Source: Candidatus Culexmicrobium cathedralense
GTDB taxonomy: Archaea > Thermoproteota > Methanomethylicia > Culexarchaeales > Culexmicrobiaceae
DNA length: 64,000 nucleotides
Direction of reading: 5' to 3'
NCBI GenBank assembly: GCA_025061115.1
Contig: JANZKC010000001.1
Location: forward strand, 512,001-576,000
The notes beneath the pieces were generated by a model that saw nothing but the letters and a program-made list of their open reading frames with translations, was not told the origin of the DNA and searched no databases. The translations under genes and the position numbers were made by a program. Shown in pieces: positions 9,599 through 18,700 of this stretch (position 1 is its first letter; each line of letters opens with the position of its first letter).

Positions 9599-10107
9599 CT
9601 GCTCCCCTTAAAAGTCGACAAGGCGCCGAGAAGGAACATCACGATAGTCTTGGGATAGCCAGTCCTATCGATCAAATCATCAACATCAAGTTCAGGGCTT
9701 TCCCTGAGCAACTCAACTATCCTAACAGCCATGTCGCAGAACGCATCCAAAGCCCTACTTGAATATTGCTTAGCGAAGCTTAGAGCGGAAATAGCAGCAT
9801 CAGGTAAACTTTCAGAGGAGCTAACTCCATCAACTGAAATTACGCCTTGAGAATCAAATCTAATCGCCTTAAACCTCTTACTTTCCATCCAATCTCCCCT
9901 CTCCACTTCGATGAGAACCATGAACTTTCCGCGATAGTTGCGAAGCATGTACTTCTTGGCAGCGCCGAAAAGCGAAACTCTTCTTAACGCGCCATTAACC
10001 CTCTTCACCAGCAGAACCTCACCATCATCAACATTGTAGGCGAGAAAGTACCCCTCATCAAGAAACTTAAAGAGGTCGGCAAGCGTACTTATGGATTCAC
10101 ACGACAA
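9595..10107 (-). CDS. Hypothetical protein, possible C-terminal HTH
   Basis: The 170-aa ORF fills the gap between neighbours. C-terminal IVELLRESPELDVDDLIDRTGYPKTIV resembles a winged HTH. Confidence 0.6.
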   Translation of the reverse strand: MSCESISTLADLFKFLDEGYFLAYNVDDGEVLLVKRVNGALRRVSLFGAAKKYMLRNYRGKFMVLIEVERGDWMESKRFKAIRFDSQGVISVDGVSSSESLPDAAISALSFAKQYSSRALDAFCDMAVRIVELLRESPELDVDDLIDRTGYPKTIVMFLLGALSTFKGSS

Positions 10108-10229
10108 GCTACAGCCCTCACAGGAAAATCAGAAGCACCAACTTAAAAATAGCTCGGATTAAGCGAAAAAGAAATAATCATTGGCTTTCAACCTAATGGC
10201 AGACTTACGCTTTACTGCGGTGGACGGAA

Positions 10230-11231
10230 ATGGGAAAGACATGCTACTACTCATTTTCCTCAAATTTACTTCCAAGCCTCTTCAACCTACTATCAGAAGA
10301 ATATACCATCATAGGGCCGGTGGAGAAAAACGGCAAAACAATATTCAGCCAAGTTGAAAGCTACAAGCAAGTTAAGCTGAACTACATTAGAACAATACTT
10401 CCACCCAAAAAGTATCTTCAGCCTCCCCGCGAAGAGCTCATGCGCTTTAGATACGGGGAAAGTCAAGTCGAAGTCATTGAAGAGGCGCCTCAAGGCAAAA
10501 TGGCGTTTTTCTGCCTTCACCCATGCGATGCAAATGCCCTAATAGTCCTAGACAGAATATACGGCGAGGACTTTCAAGACGATTACTACTTCAAGAGGAG
10601 GAAAAACTCATTCATAGTCGTGCTTGACTGCGCAGAAGGCGACGAATACTGCTTCTGCGAAAGCGTTGGGGCAGATAAGCCATGGGAGGGCTCATATGAC
10701 CTATACATCACCCCAATAGAGCTCGACAAAGCAGCCATAAAAGCAGGTTCAAGAAAGGGGTTAGAAATCATAAGAAAGCTGGGCCTAAAGAAAACCGAGC
10801 CGCCAAAAGTAACTGGCAAGAAAAACCTCCAAAAGCTATCAGCCAAAGACATTGAGGCTCTCGAAGAAAAAATCGACAGTCCAGCGTGGAAGAACGAAGC
10901 AAAGCCATGCCTATCCTGCGGAACGTGCACCCAAGTTTGCCCAACATGCGCGTGCTTCGACGTAATGGACATGTTTACAACTCCCCTCAAGAACGGCGTG
11001 CGATTTAGAACTTGGGATTCATGCATCTACTCCGAATTCACCAGAATAGCTGGAGGAGTAGTCTTCAGAAAAAATAAAGTTGACAGGTTCAAGCATCGCT
11101 ACTACCATAAATTCGTCTTCATCAAGAAAAAACACGGATTTTATGGGTGCGTCGGCTGCGGCAGATGCATTGAAGAATGCGTCAGAAAAATAAATCCAGT
11201 CGAGGTGATCAGGAGAATTGCAAAAAGCTAG
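10230..11231 (+). CDS. hydB: Group 3b [NiFe]-hydrogenase (sulfhydrogenase) beta subunit, Fe-S
   Basis: HPCD, YCFC, CLSCGTCTQVCPTCAC, RTWDSC and CVGCGRCIEEC. First gene of a four-gene overlapping operon. Confidence 0.88.
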   Translation: MGKTCYYSFSSNLLPSLFNLLSEEYTIIGPVEKNGKTIFSQVESYKQVKLNYIRTILPPKKYLQPPREELMRFRYGESQVEVIEEAPQGKMAFFCLHPCDANALIVLDRIYGEDFQDDYYFKRRKNSFIVVLDCAEGDEYCFCESVGADKPWEGSYDLYITPIELDKAAIKAGSRKGLEIIRKLGLKKTEPPKVTGKKNLQKLSAKDIEALEEKIDSPAWKNEAKPCLSCGTCTQVCPTCACFDVMDMFTTPLKNGVRFRTWDSCIYSEFTRIAGGVVFRKNKVDRFKHRYYHKFVFIKKKHGFYGCVGCGRCIEECVRKINPVEVIRRIAKS

Positions 11232-12054
11232 GGCAAGGAGCCTATACACCCCACGCCCGGCAAGAATAGCTGAAATAATCGACGAAGCCCCGGGGATAAA
11301 GACCTTCAAATTAGAATTCACTGACAATCTCCACGAAAAATTCGAGTACACTCCTGGGCAGTTCATTCAGCTTTCAGTCTACGGATTCGGCGAAGCCCCA
11401 TTCGCAATATCATCGCCTACAAGCTTAACCGAAGCAATAGAAGTTACAGTGAAAGCCGTTGGAAGAGTAACTAGAGCCCTATTCAACCTGGATGTTGGAA
11501 GCCCAGTCGGCGTGAGAGGACCATATGGAAATGGATTTCCAATAAAACTGCTTGAGGGAAGAAACGTAATTCTCGTAGGAGGAGGAACAGGGCTGAGCCC
11601 CCTAAGACCCCTAATATGGCATCTATGCAGCAATAGAAGCAAATTCGAAAGGGTAGTTCTCCTATACGGAGCGAGAAGCCCAAAAGACCTGCTATTCCGA
11701 AGAGAGTATGGCGAGTGGGATAAAAGCATCGAAATTCACTTGACGGTTGATTTCGCAGATGAAGCATGGGGAGGCAGCGTAGGGGTGGTAACCGACCTAA
11801 TAGACATCGTGAAAATACCAGTAAAAAACGCAATAGCAATTGTGTGCGGCCCGCCAATCATGATGAAATTCACAGCTCTAAAGCTAATGAAACTTGGATT
11901 TAAAAAACATCAAATATATGTCAGCTTGGAAAGGCAAATGAAGTGCGGAGTCGGCAAGTGCGGGCACTGCATGCTCTCAAATGGAAAGTACGTCTGCATT
12001 GATGGCCCAGTCTTCAGGCTCGATGAAATACCATTCAAGGAGGTTGAAAGTTGA
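11218..12054 (+). CDS. hydG: Group 3b hydrogenase gamma subunit (FAD/NAD(P)-binding, 2Fe-2S)
   Basis: PGQF, GEAPFAISS, RGPYGNGFP, GGGTGLSP, CGPPIMM and ERQMKCGVGKCGHC...CIDGPVF. Confidence 0.9.
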   Translation: MQKARARSLYTPRPARIAEIIDEAPGIKTFKLEFTDNLHEKFEYTPGQFIQLSVYGFGEAPFAISSPTSLTEAIEVTVKAVGRVTRALFNLDVGSPVGVRGPYGNGFPIKLLEGRNVILVGGGTGLSPLRPLIWHLCSNRSKFERVVLLYGARSPKDLLFRREYGEWDKSIEIHLTVDFADEAWGGSVGVVTDLIDIVKIPVKNAIAIVCGPPIMMKFTALKLMKLGFKKHQIYVSLERQMKCGVGKCGHCMLSNGKYVCIDGPVFRLDEIPFKEVES

Positions 12055-12812
12055 AGGGCAAAGTGAAAATTAACTTCTACAGCTTAGCTGGCTGCGAGGG
12101 ATGCGCAACCCAACTAATAAACTTGATTTTCAAAAGACCTGACATACTACAATACATCGACTTCAAGCACTTCAGGCTAATAGGAGTAAGGGAGTCAAGA
12201 GCATGCGACATAGCCCTAGTAGATGGCTCCATAACAAATCGCAACGACGAAAAGAGAATCATGGATATTCGAAGAAAAGCAAGGACTCTAATCGCAGTGG
12301 GCACGTGCGCAGTGCTGGGAGGCGTTCAAACGGCAATTAATGAATTAAATGTAGATGAAGCTCTCAGCAAAACCTACAGGAAAATTCCTAAAGCGGTAAA
12401 AATAAACAAAGTTAAGCCCCTAAGGGAAGTAGTCGAAGTCGACTACGAAATTCCAGGATGCCCCCCTGAAGTTGAAGAACTGGAAAAACTGCTAATAGAA
12501 CTAATATCTGGAGCAGCCTTCAAGCTAAGCGAGAAATCCGTGTGCTTCGAGTGCAAATTGAGAGAGACCCCCTGCCTCCTCGATAAAGGGATAATGTGCC
12601 TTGGACCAATAACTAAAGGTGGATGTAATGCTAAGTGCCCAGCACTTGGAGCTCCATGTCGAGGCTGCAGGGGATTATTTGAAGACAGCGAAATTGAAGA
12701 ACTCATACGCACAGCCATAGAGAAGGGAATTAAACCCTCCGAAATCGAAGGCAAACTTTCAATCTTCATGATTAAGGAGGCTAAAAGGCTTGATAAGGCA
12801 ATTGAAAGGTAA
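12051..12812 (+). CDS. hydD: Group 3b hydrogenase delta (small) subunit
   Basis: GCEGC, DGS, GTCA, PGCPP and VCFEC...CL...CLGPIT..GC...CP.....CRGCRG. Confidence 0.9.
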   Translation: MKGKVKINFYSLAGCEGCATQLINLIFKRPDILQYIDFKHFRLIGVRESRACDIALVDGSITNRNDEKRIMDIRRKARTLIAVGTCAVLGGVQTAINELNVDEALSKTYRKIPKAVKINKVKPLREVVEVDYEIPGCPPEVEELEKLLIELISGAAFKLSEKSVCFECKLRETPCLLDKGIMCLGPITKGGCNAKCPALGAPCRGCRGLFEDSEIEELIRTAIEKGIKPSEIEGKLSIFMIKEAKRLDKAIER

Positions 12813-14058
12813 GGAGATCCTAAGAATAGAGGGTCATGGAGAATTAGTTGTAAAGATAAGCGAAGAAGGCATCGAGAAGGTGGAGTTCAGGGTACTTGAG
12901 CCCTCAAGGCTATTCGAAGCATTCATGGTAAACAAGCCAGCCAAGGAAGCGCCATACATTTGCAGCAGAATCTGCGGCCTATGCGGCTACTCCCACGCAA
13001 TGTGCTCAGCCAAAGCAATTGAAAACGCACTAAACATGGAAGTTCCAGAGGAAGCTTCAGCTCTAAGAGAAGCAATAATGATGCTAAGCACTGCAGACAG
13101 CCACCTACTACACGTATTCGCATTATCCCTACCGGACTTCATCAAGGTAAAAACCTTCATTGAAGCTGCATCAAAGCTTCCAAGGCAATTTAAGGAGGCA
13201 TTCGAAATCAAAAATGCGATCTGCCGCACCCTAGCGAGAATATGCGGCAGCTCAATTCACCCAGTAAACGTAGTTCCAGGCGGATTTACATCTAAAATTG
13301 AAAGAAAAACTCTAATTGAAATTTCAAGGGAACTTGAAAGGGAAGCATCAAAAGCAAAGCAACTAGCAGAAGAAGTAATTGCACTATTACTCCCAAAAGA
13401 GCAGCTCGAAAGGAAAGGCGATTATGGAGCGCTCAGCGGCTACAACTACCCATTCTACATTGGAGAAAGCGCAGTAATAGGCGGAGAAGAAATTCCAGCA
13501 CCTAAATTCAAGGAGAATGTCCGAGAAATAGAAGTTGACTACTCAACAAGCAAGAAAGCACTATTCAAAGGCAAAAACTACATGGTCGGAGCGCTTGCAA
13601 GACTAAACACGCACTACAGCCAACTAAGCGAAAATGCAAGGGAAATCGCAGACCAGCTGGAATTGAAAATCCCAACTACAAATCCATACTTAATACCAGC
13701 AGCGCAGCTCATTGAAGTCGTAAACTGCCTCGAAAAAGCATCCGAAACCATGGAGAAGCTGCCACCCATAAAACCAGCTGAAAAACTAAGCGAAAAATCA
13801 GGAATGGGAAGCGCAATCGTTGAAGCTCCAAGAGGGCTACTATACCATGAATATAGGATTGAAAGCGGAAAATTGGCGGAGGCCGACATAATAACTCCAA
13901 CCGTACAAAACATCCCAGATATGGAGGAGGCCGTCAAGCAAGTAGCTGAAAAGTTCATAAACTGCAGCCTAAACAGCATCAAGGAGAAGTGCGAAGCAGT
14001 TTTAAGGTGCTACGACCCCTGCCTATCATGCTCCACCCACGTCATTAAGTTAAAGTGA
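12790..14058 (+). CDS. hydA: Group 3b [NiFe]-hydrogenase alpha (large) subunit
   Basis: RIEGHG, L1 motif RICGLCGYSH, EAPRG.LYH, L2 motif YDPCLSCSTH plus a short C-terminal extension VIKLK. Confidence 0.92.
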   Translation: MIRQLKGKEILRIEGHGELVVKISEEGIEKVEFRVLEPSRLFEAFMVNKPAKEAPYICSRICGLCGYSHAMCSAKAIENALNMEVPEEASALREAIMMLSTADSHLLHVFALSLPDFIKVKTFIEAASKLPRQFKEAFEIKNAICRTLARICGSSIHPVNVVPGGFTSKIERKTLIEISRELEREASKAKQLAEEVIALLLPKEQLERKGDYGALSGYNYPFYIGESAVIGGEEIPAPKFKENVREIEVDYSTSKKALFKGKNYMVGALARLNTHYSQLSENAREIADQLELKIPTTNPYLIPAAQLIEVVNCLEKASETMEKLPPIKPAEKLSEKSGMGSAIVEAPRGLLYHEYRIESGKLAEADIITPTVQNIPDMEEAVKQVAEKFINCSLNSIKEKCEAVLRCYDPCLSCSTHVIKLK

Positions 14059-14098
14059 AAGTAAGTTAAATTAGCTTCAAATCACCTAAGTTAATTGA

Positions 14099-14152
14099 CC
14101 GATGAAGAGTACTTCCGGCGCGGAGAGGTGAAGAAAACTTACCCGGCTGAGG
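14099..14152 (+). ncRNA. Box C/D guide sRNA
   Basis: CCG-ATGAAGA(C)-GTACTTCCGGCG-CGGA(D')-GAG-GTGAAGA(C')-AAACTTACCCGG-CTGA(D)-GG. It has two 12-nt guides and lies between convergent genes. The D guide is complementary to 23S helix-71 sequence CCGGGUAAGUU. Confidence 0.85.
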
Positions 14153-15148
14153 CTAATCCCCCAAAAACTTCGCTTCAACGCCCAATTTTTTCCTAACCCA
14201 ATCCGCAAATGGCTTAGCAAAATACCCAACCGCATATACAGCACTAGGCTTGGACTCCTCAATGTAACTAACGAGCTGAGGGAAGTCCGCATGGCTGCTA
14301 AGCGGGAAAGTTGCATCAAAGTTCTTGAATGGATATAGGAGCGCCCAGCCAGTCGATATAGCTTTAAGCATGTCATACTTCTCCGCAATTCTAAGTGTAG
14401 CCTTACTTGAAACGACTGCTGGAAGCGCATGGCTTTTAAGAGCTTCAAGCCCCTCCCCAGACGACATGCCAATACAGTTGAAATTGAAGCCGAATTCCCT
14501 GTAAACCCTATTTACCCTCTCAATTTGATCGTCAACTAGAACTTCAACATCAAGCCAGCTATTCATCAATGCAATGAGCTCCTGCGCCTTACCAATGGGG
14601 TATGCGAGGAAAGCTGGAGCCAAACCGGACTTTAACGAAGACTCGACGAAGTCAGCAATTTCCATATAAACCTCATGCCTATCTGGAAAAGCCATTTTCG
14701 GATGCCCATAGGTTGCATCTATGATTAGCTCCTCACACTCCAAAGGCTTAGCAGGCTTAGTTATTAGAGTCTCCTCCAAATTCAAGTCACCAGTATAAAC
14801 CATCGTCGAAGACCTATGCTTGAAGAGAAATTGAGAAGACCCCAAAATATGGCCTGAATCATAAACTTCAACATCCAAATTGCCGATAGAGAAGCGCTGA
14901 GAATCAAGAAACGCAGGAAAAACGTTGGCCAGCTTCCTACCGCTCTGAGCCTCATAAAGCCTAATGGTCAAGTAGGAGGCAATTTTAGGCTTTCTCGACC
15001 TAAAGCCGGCAATGTGATCTCCATGCGCATGACTTATCAGAATGAAGTCGCCCTCAGCAGACCGGGACATGGGGTCAAGTGAGAATGAGAAGTCCTCAAG
15101 TATGAGGAGGATTCCCCTGAACCAGAATAAGCTCCAAGGCCTACGCAT
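14153..15148 (-). CDS. MBL-fold (beta-CASP-like) nuclease
   Basis: SHAHGDH, SGHILGS, YTGD, DATYG, YPIGKAQE and SSHADF. Confidence 0.88.
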   Translation of the reverse strand: MRRPWSLFWFRGILLILEDFSFSLDPMSRSAEGDFILISHAHGDHIAGFRSRKPKIASYLTIRLYEAQSGRKLANVFPAFLDSQRFSIGNLDVEVYDSGHILGSSQFLFKHRSSTMVYTGDLNLEETLITKPAKPLECEELIIDATYGHPKMAFPDRHEVYMEIADFVESSLKSGLAPAFLAYPIGKAQELIALMNSWLDVEVLVDDQIERVNRVYREFGFNFNCIGMSSGEGLEALKSHALPAVVSSKATLRIAEKYDMLKAISTGWALLYPFKNFDATFPLSSHADFPQLVSYIEESKPSAVYAVGYFAKPFADWVRKKLGVEAKFLGD

Positions 15149-15190
15149 AACTGCACATAACTAGTTGTAAAGGTAAAATATGCTTTTCAG

Positions 15191-15559
15191 CTACTTCCCC
15201 TTAAACAAGTCGCTGAGAGGCTTGCGCTCCCCCTTCTTCTCATAGTAAATTCTGATTGGCATGCGAACAGGAAGACCAAGATCCAGAAACAGCCTATAAA
15301 GCGCATATCCATCAATAGGCTCCTTGATCCTCCCCTCCTCAACAAACCTCGCTAAAGCTTCAACTACCTTCCTAGTAGCCTCAGGATACTGCGCCTCAGC
15401 AGCCTTCAGGACATCCCTAGCCCTTCCAACAAGCATTTTGCTCAAAATTTCCATCGGATCTCTCCGCTTCTGCTCACTCCTCTTGGAAGCCATTAACCTA
15501 CGTAGCCTAGCTAGCTTTCTCAACTTGAGCAGCTCTAGCTCCAAGTCCTCGTCGACCAT
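15191..15559 (-). CDS. PDCD5-related dsDNA-binding protein
   Basis: DEDLELELLKLRKLARLRR N-terminus, L..RA..VL..A..QYP and I..PID...L..LF. Confidence 0.7.
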   Translation of the reverse strand: MVDEDLELELLKLRKLARLRRLMASKRSEQKRRDPMEILSKMLVGRARDVLKAAEAQYPEATRKVVEALARFVEEGRIKEPIDGYALYRLFLDLGLPVRMPIRIYYEKKGERKPLSDLFKGK

Positions 15560-15588
15560 TCACTTACACCCGAAGTTTAATTGCAGCA

Positions 15589-16320
15589 CTAGCCCATATT
15601 CTTATCGTTCATGAATAGCGCTTTAATGCCCAAAGCCAGTGCAACCCTAGGAATAAGCGTTGGAACCCAGTACTTGGATTTGAGGAAAGCAGCATCCCTC
15701 ATGGAGAAGCCTATGCAGTCCATCACAACCAAGCTGACGTTTTCACCCTTAAACTTCAATGCAATTTCCTCTAAAACGCTAAACCTTTCACTCTCTGAAA
15801 TGTAGGGCGAAACGCTTTCAACCACGATTTTCCCGCACTTCACCCTAGACCACTTGGCATACCCCATCTTGACTTGAAGGCTGGATGGCATTATGACTCC
15901 GAGAACTTGATCAGCTGAAATCGACGACTCAACCAAACCCCTCAATATTGGCTCAGGCCTTACTAGCGGAACTTTAACCTTAAATGGTGGAAAAGTCCCT
16001 GAGCAGAGCAAGCCAATAGCATTGACGCCCAAGTCCTCCAAAAATCCAATCTTACCCTGCAGAAGCGGAATCAACCTATCCTTTGAAATCCTGACCTCCC
16101 TACCATCCCTAAGCCTGCTCACGTAAACCGTCTCACCAGCTTTGGGCGCAAGATCACCTATTTCCTCGGCAGTTAGGTCGTCGAGAGCCCCAGCCTCAAC
16201 AACTTGAAAATCCCTGCCGAGAATTGCCATTATCTCCGGAACAACATCAACCCTTGGAGATTGCCCAATAGTTAGCATTCCAACTCTCCAGACCATGCCC
16301 ACCACACACCTAACTAGCAC
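15589..16320 (-). CDS. AroM family protein
   Basis: TIGQSPRVD, EAGALD, SRLRDG, LLCSGTFP, SPY and VMDCIGF. Confidence 0.88.
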   Translation of the reverse strand: MLVRCVVGMVWRVGMLTIGQSPRVDVVPEIMAILGRDFQVVEAGALDDLTAEEIGDLAPKAGETVYVSRLRDGREVRISKDRLIPLLQGKIGFLEDLGVNAIGLLCSGTFPPFKVKVPLVRPEPILRGLVESSISADQVLGVIMPSSLQVKMGYAKWSRVKCGKIVVESVSPYISESERFSVLEEIALKFKGENVSLVVMDCIGFSMRDAAFLKSKYWVPTLIPRVALALGIKALFMNDKNMG

Positions 16321-16425
16321 AACTCAACAAGATAACGGTTTTCCAAATTCATACTAATTCCGAAAAACTCGAATCAAATTCTTTATCTGCGCAGAGCACA
16401 TAACTTGACGTGAGGGCTGAACACC

Positions 16426-18393
16426 ATGAGAAAGCTAAAAGTTGAAGATTTCTCCAAAATAGTCCACGTAGCAGATCCCCAACTATCCCCAGATGGCAAA
16501 AAACTTGCACTTGTCACCGTAAGGCCAATGCTGGAGGAAAACAGGTACCAATACGAAATACTGGTTTATGACGTGGATACCGGCGATGCCCTTTACTCAA
16601 TATCCTCAAAGGAAGGCGACCAAACGCCAAAGTGGAGCCCAAGCGGCAAAAAGCTGCTATTCACATCCAGAAGGGGATTTAAGGAGGAGGATAAGGGCAA
16701 CGCAATATACCTTTCAGTACTAGCTGGGGAGCCAAGGCTAATTGCAAAGAAGAAGGAGGGATTCAGCCAAGCACGATTCCTCAATGAAAGCGAATTAATA
16801 GCCATATCCCCAACGCCAGTAAGGAAGATTGACGAAGACGGCGACTACGTCGAAATACGGGACATTCAGCCATGGTTCGACGGCTTAGGGTTCATCGACG
16901 AATATAGGAGGCAAGTCTACCTAATAGACGTGGAGTCAGGCCTATACAGACAGTTAACCACAAGCGAAAATGATGTCATATACGCTGCACCTTCAAATTC
17001 AGGCGATAAAATAGCATACATTAAAAGGGTTGACAAGAGAAAACCCATGATCACAGAAGTAAGAGTACTAGACATCAAGACAGGCGAGGACTTCCAAATC
17101 GTCGAGCCCAAATACAGCTTCATGAGCGTCGAGTGGAGCCCAAACGATGAATACCTAGCACTTCACGGAAACGACATGAAAAGAGGGCTTGCAAGCCACA
17201 ATCACATATGGATCACCTCAAGCACCACCCCAGCCAAGCCAGTAAACTTGACTGAAAAACTCAATAGAAACACGAGGCCAGCAATATCATGCGACATGCT
17301 CGGACCCTACAGAGCCTACTCCCCGCCTCAATGGCTAGAAGACGCCATTTACTTCATAGTTAACGATGGAGGGCGAGGCTGCCTGTGGAAAGTAGATTTA
17401 AGCGGCGAGCTCGAATGCATCTTGAAAGGCGAGTACGCAATATACAACTTCAGCATAGCAAGAAAAAGCAATAGAATAGCGCTACTAAAGGTCGACGCTG
17501 AAACTCCGCCTGAAATCTACATCCACGAAAAGGGAAGCTTAAGGAAATTTACGCACTTCAACGACTGGCTTAAAAATGAAGTCAAGTTCTCCCAGCCCCA
17601 CCACATGAAAGTTAAAGTCAGCGACGGAGCTGAAGTGGACGCCTGGTACTTGGAGCCAGTGGAGAAGAAGAAAGGCGAAAAGCACCCTGTAGTCGTATTC
17701 ATTCACGGCGGACCAAAGGCAGCATATGGGCCAGTGCTAAACTTCATGCACCAACTAATGGCTGCAAATGGATACTACGTGCTCTACTCAAACCCGAGAG
17801 GAAGCGACGGCTACACCGAAGAATTCGCAGACATACGAGGACATTACGGCGAAAGAGACTACAAGGACATAATGGAAGTCGTCGAATCATTCCTTAAAAG
17901 CGTTGAAGATGCAGATCCAGGAAGGCTTGGAGTAACGGGAATAAGCTACGGCGGATTCATGACAAACTGGATCGTAACTCAAACCGACAAGTTCAGAGCA
18001 GCAGTATCCGAAAATGGAATAGCCGACTGGATAACGGACTTCTGGGCAAGCGACATAGGATACTACTTCGACCCAGACCAAATAGGCGGCACCCCAATGG
18101 AAAACATAGACGGCTACATTAGGCAAAGCCCAGTATACCATGTTAAAAACGTTAAGACCCCAATCCTCCTAATCCACAGCATGGAGGACTACAGGTGCTT
18201 CATAGATCAGTCAACAGCCTTCCACATTGCTTTAAAGCTCTACGGCAAAGAATCTAGACTCATAGTATTCAAGAAGGGAAGCCACGGGCACAGCATCCTT
18301 GCAAAACCCAGACACAGGAAGAAGAGATATGAAATAGTATTGAAGTACTTCGATGAAAAGCTAGGCAAAAGCCGGAGGGAAAACTCAAAATAA
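16426..18393 (+). CDS. S9 family acylaminoacyl-peptidase
   Basis: SPDG/WSP beta-propeller repeats, IHGGP, NPRGSDGY, catalytic GISYGG, D in HSMEDYRC and H in GSHGH. Confidence 0.93.
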   Translation: MRKLKVEDFSKIVHVADPQLSPDGKKLALVTVRPMLEENRYQYEILVYDVDTGDALYSISSKEGDQTPKWSPSGKKLLFTSRRGFKEEDKGNAIYLSVLAGEPRLIAKKKEGFSQARFLNESELIAISPTPVRKIDEDGDYVEIRDIQPWFDGLGFIDEYRRQVYLIDVESGLYRQLTTSENDVIYAAPSNSGDKIAYIKRVDKRKPMITEVRVLDIKTGEDFQIVEPKYSFMSVEWSPNDEYLALHGNDMKRGLASHNHIWITSSTTPAKPVNLTEKLNRNTRPAISCDMLGPYRAYSPPQWLEDAIYFIVNDGGRGCLWKVDLSGELECILKGEYAIYNFSIARKSNRIALLKVDAETPPEIYIHEKGSLRKFTHFNDWLKNEVKFSQPHHMKVKVSDGAEVDAWYLEPVEKKKGEKHPVVVFIHGGPKAAYGPVLNFMHQLMAANGYYVLYSNPRGSDGYTEEFADIRGHYGERDYKDIMEVVESFLKSVEDADPGRLGVTGISYGGFMTNWIVTQTDKFRAAVSENGIADWITDFWASDIGYYFDPDQIGGTPMENIDGYIRQSPVYHVKNVKTPILLIHSMEDYRCFIDQSTAFHIALKLYGKESRLIVFKKGSHGHSILAKPRHRKKRYEIVLKYFDEKLGKSRRENSK

Positions 18394-18532
18394 CAACATG
18401 CAGCGAAGCTCAACCCAATTCCAAGCGGCACCGAGGTAAAAGCGAGAGAAATAGGTTCAACAGCCCAGTAACCATAGCTCCGAAACCCAGTAAAACTTAT
18501 TAGTCCTAAATCGGGTTTAACAGCTGAGAGCC

Positions 18533-18700
18533 TTGACGATTAAAATATATTGTGAACGATGCGGATTCACGTTCTACCGAGGCGATGAACTAACAAACCC
18601 TCAAGACATTATAAGAAGATATGGCGGGAGATGCCCACGCTGCTATAAGCCATTAAAGCTAGTTCCAAGCAAGGTGGCCATAAAAACATCAGAAGACTAG
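18533..18700 (+). CDS. Small zinc-ribbon protein (55 aa), below the ORF-track cutoff
   Basis: TTG start: MTIKIYCERCGFTFYRGDELTNPQDIIRRYGGRCPRCYKPLKLVPSKVAIKTSED*. It carries CxxC and CPxC knuckles, has BRE/TATA-like AAAACTTATTA upstream, and its stop overlaps the convergent gene's stop. Confidence 0.85.
   Translation: MTIKIYCERCGFTFYRGDELTNPQDIIRRYGGRCPRCYKPLKLVPSKVAIKTSED

Noticed and set aside
18540-18610. C/D-like boxes (CCGA, ATGAAC)
   Set aside because: The box set is incomplete and the region is better explained by the zinc-ribbon CDS.
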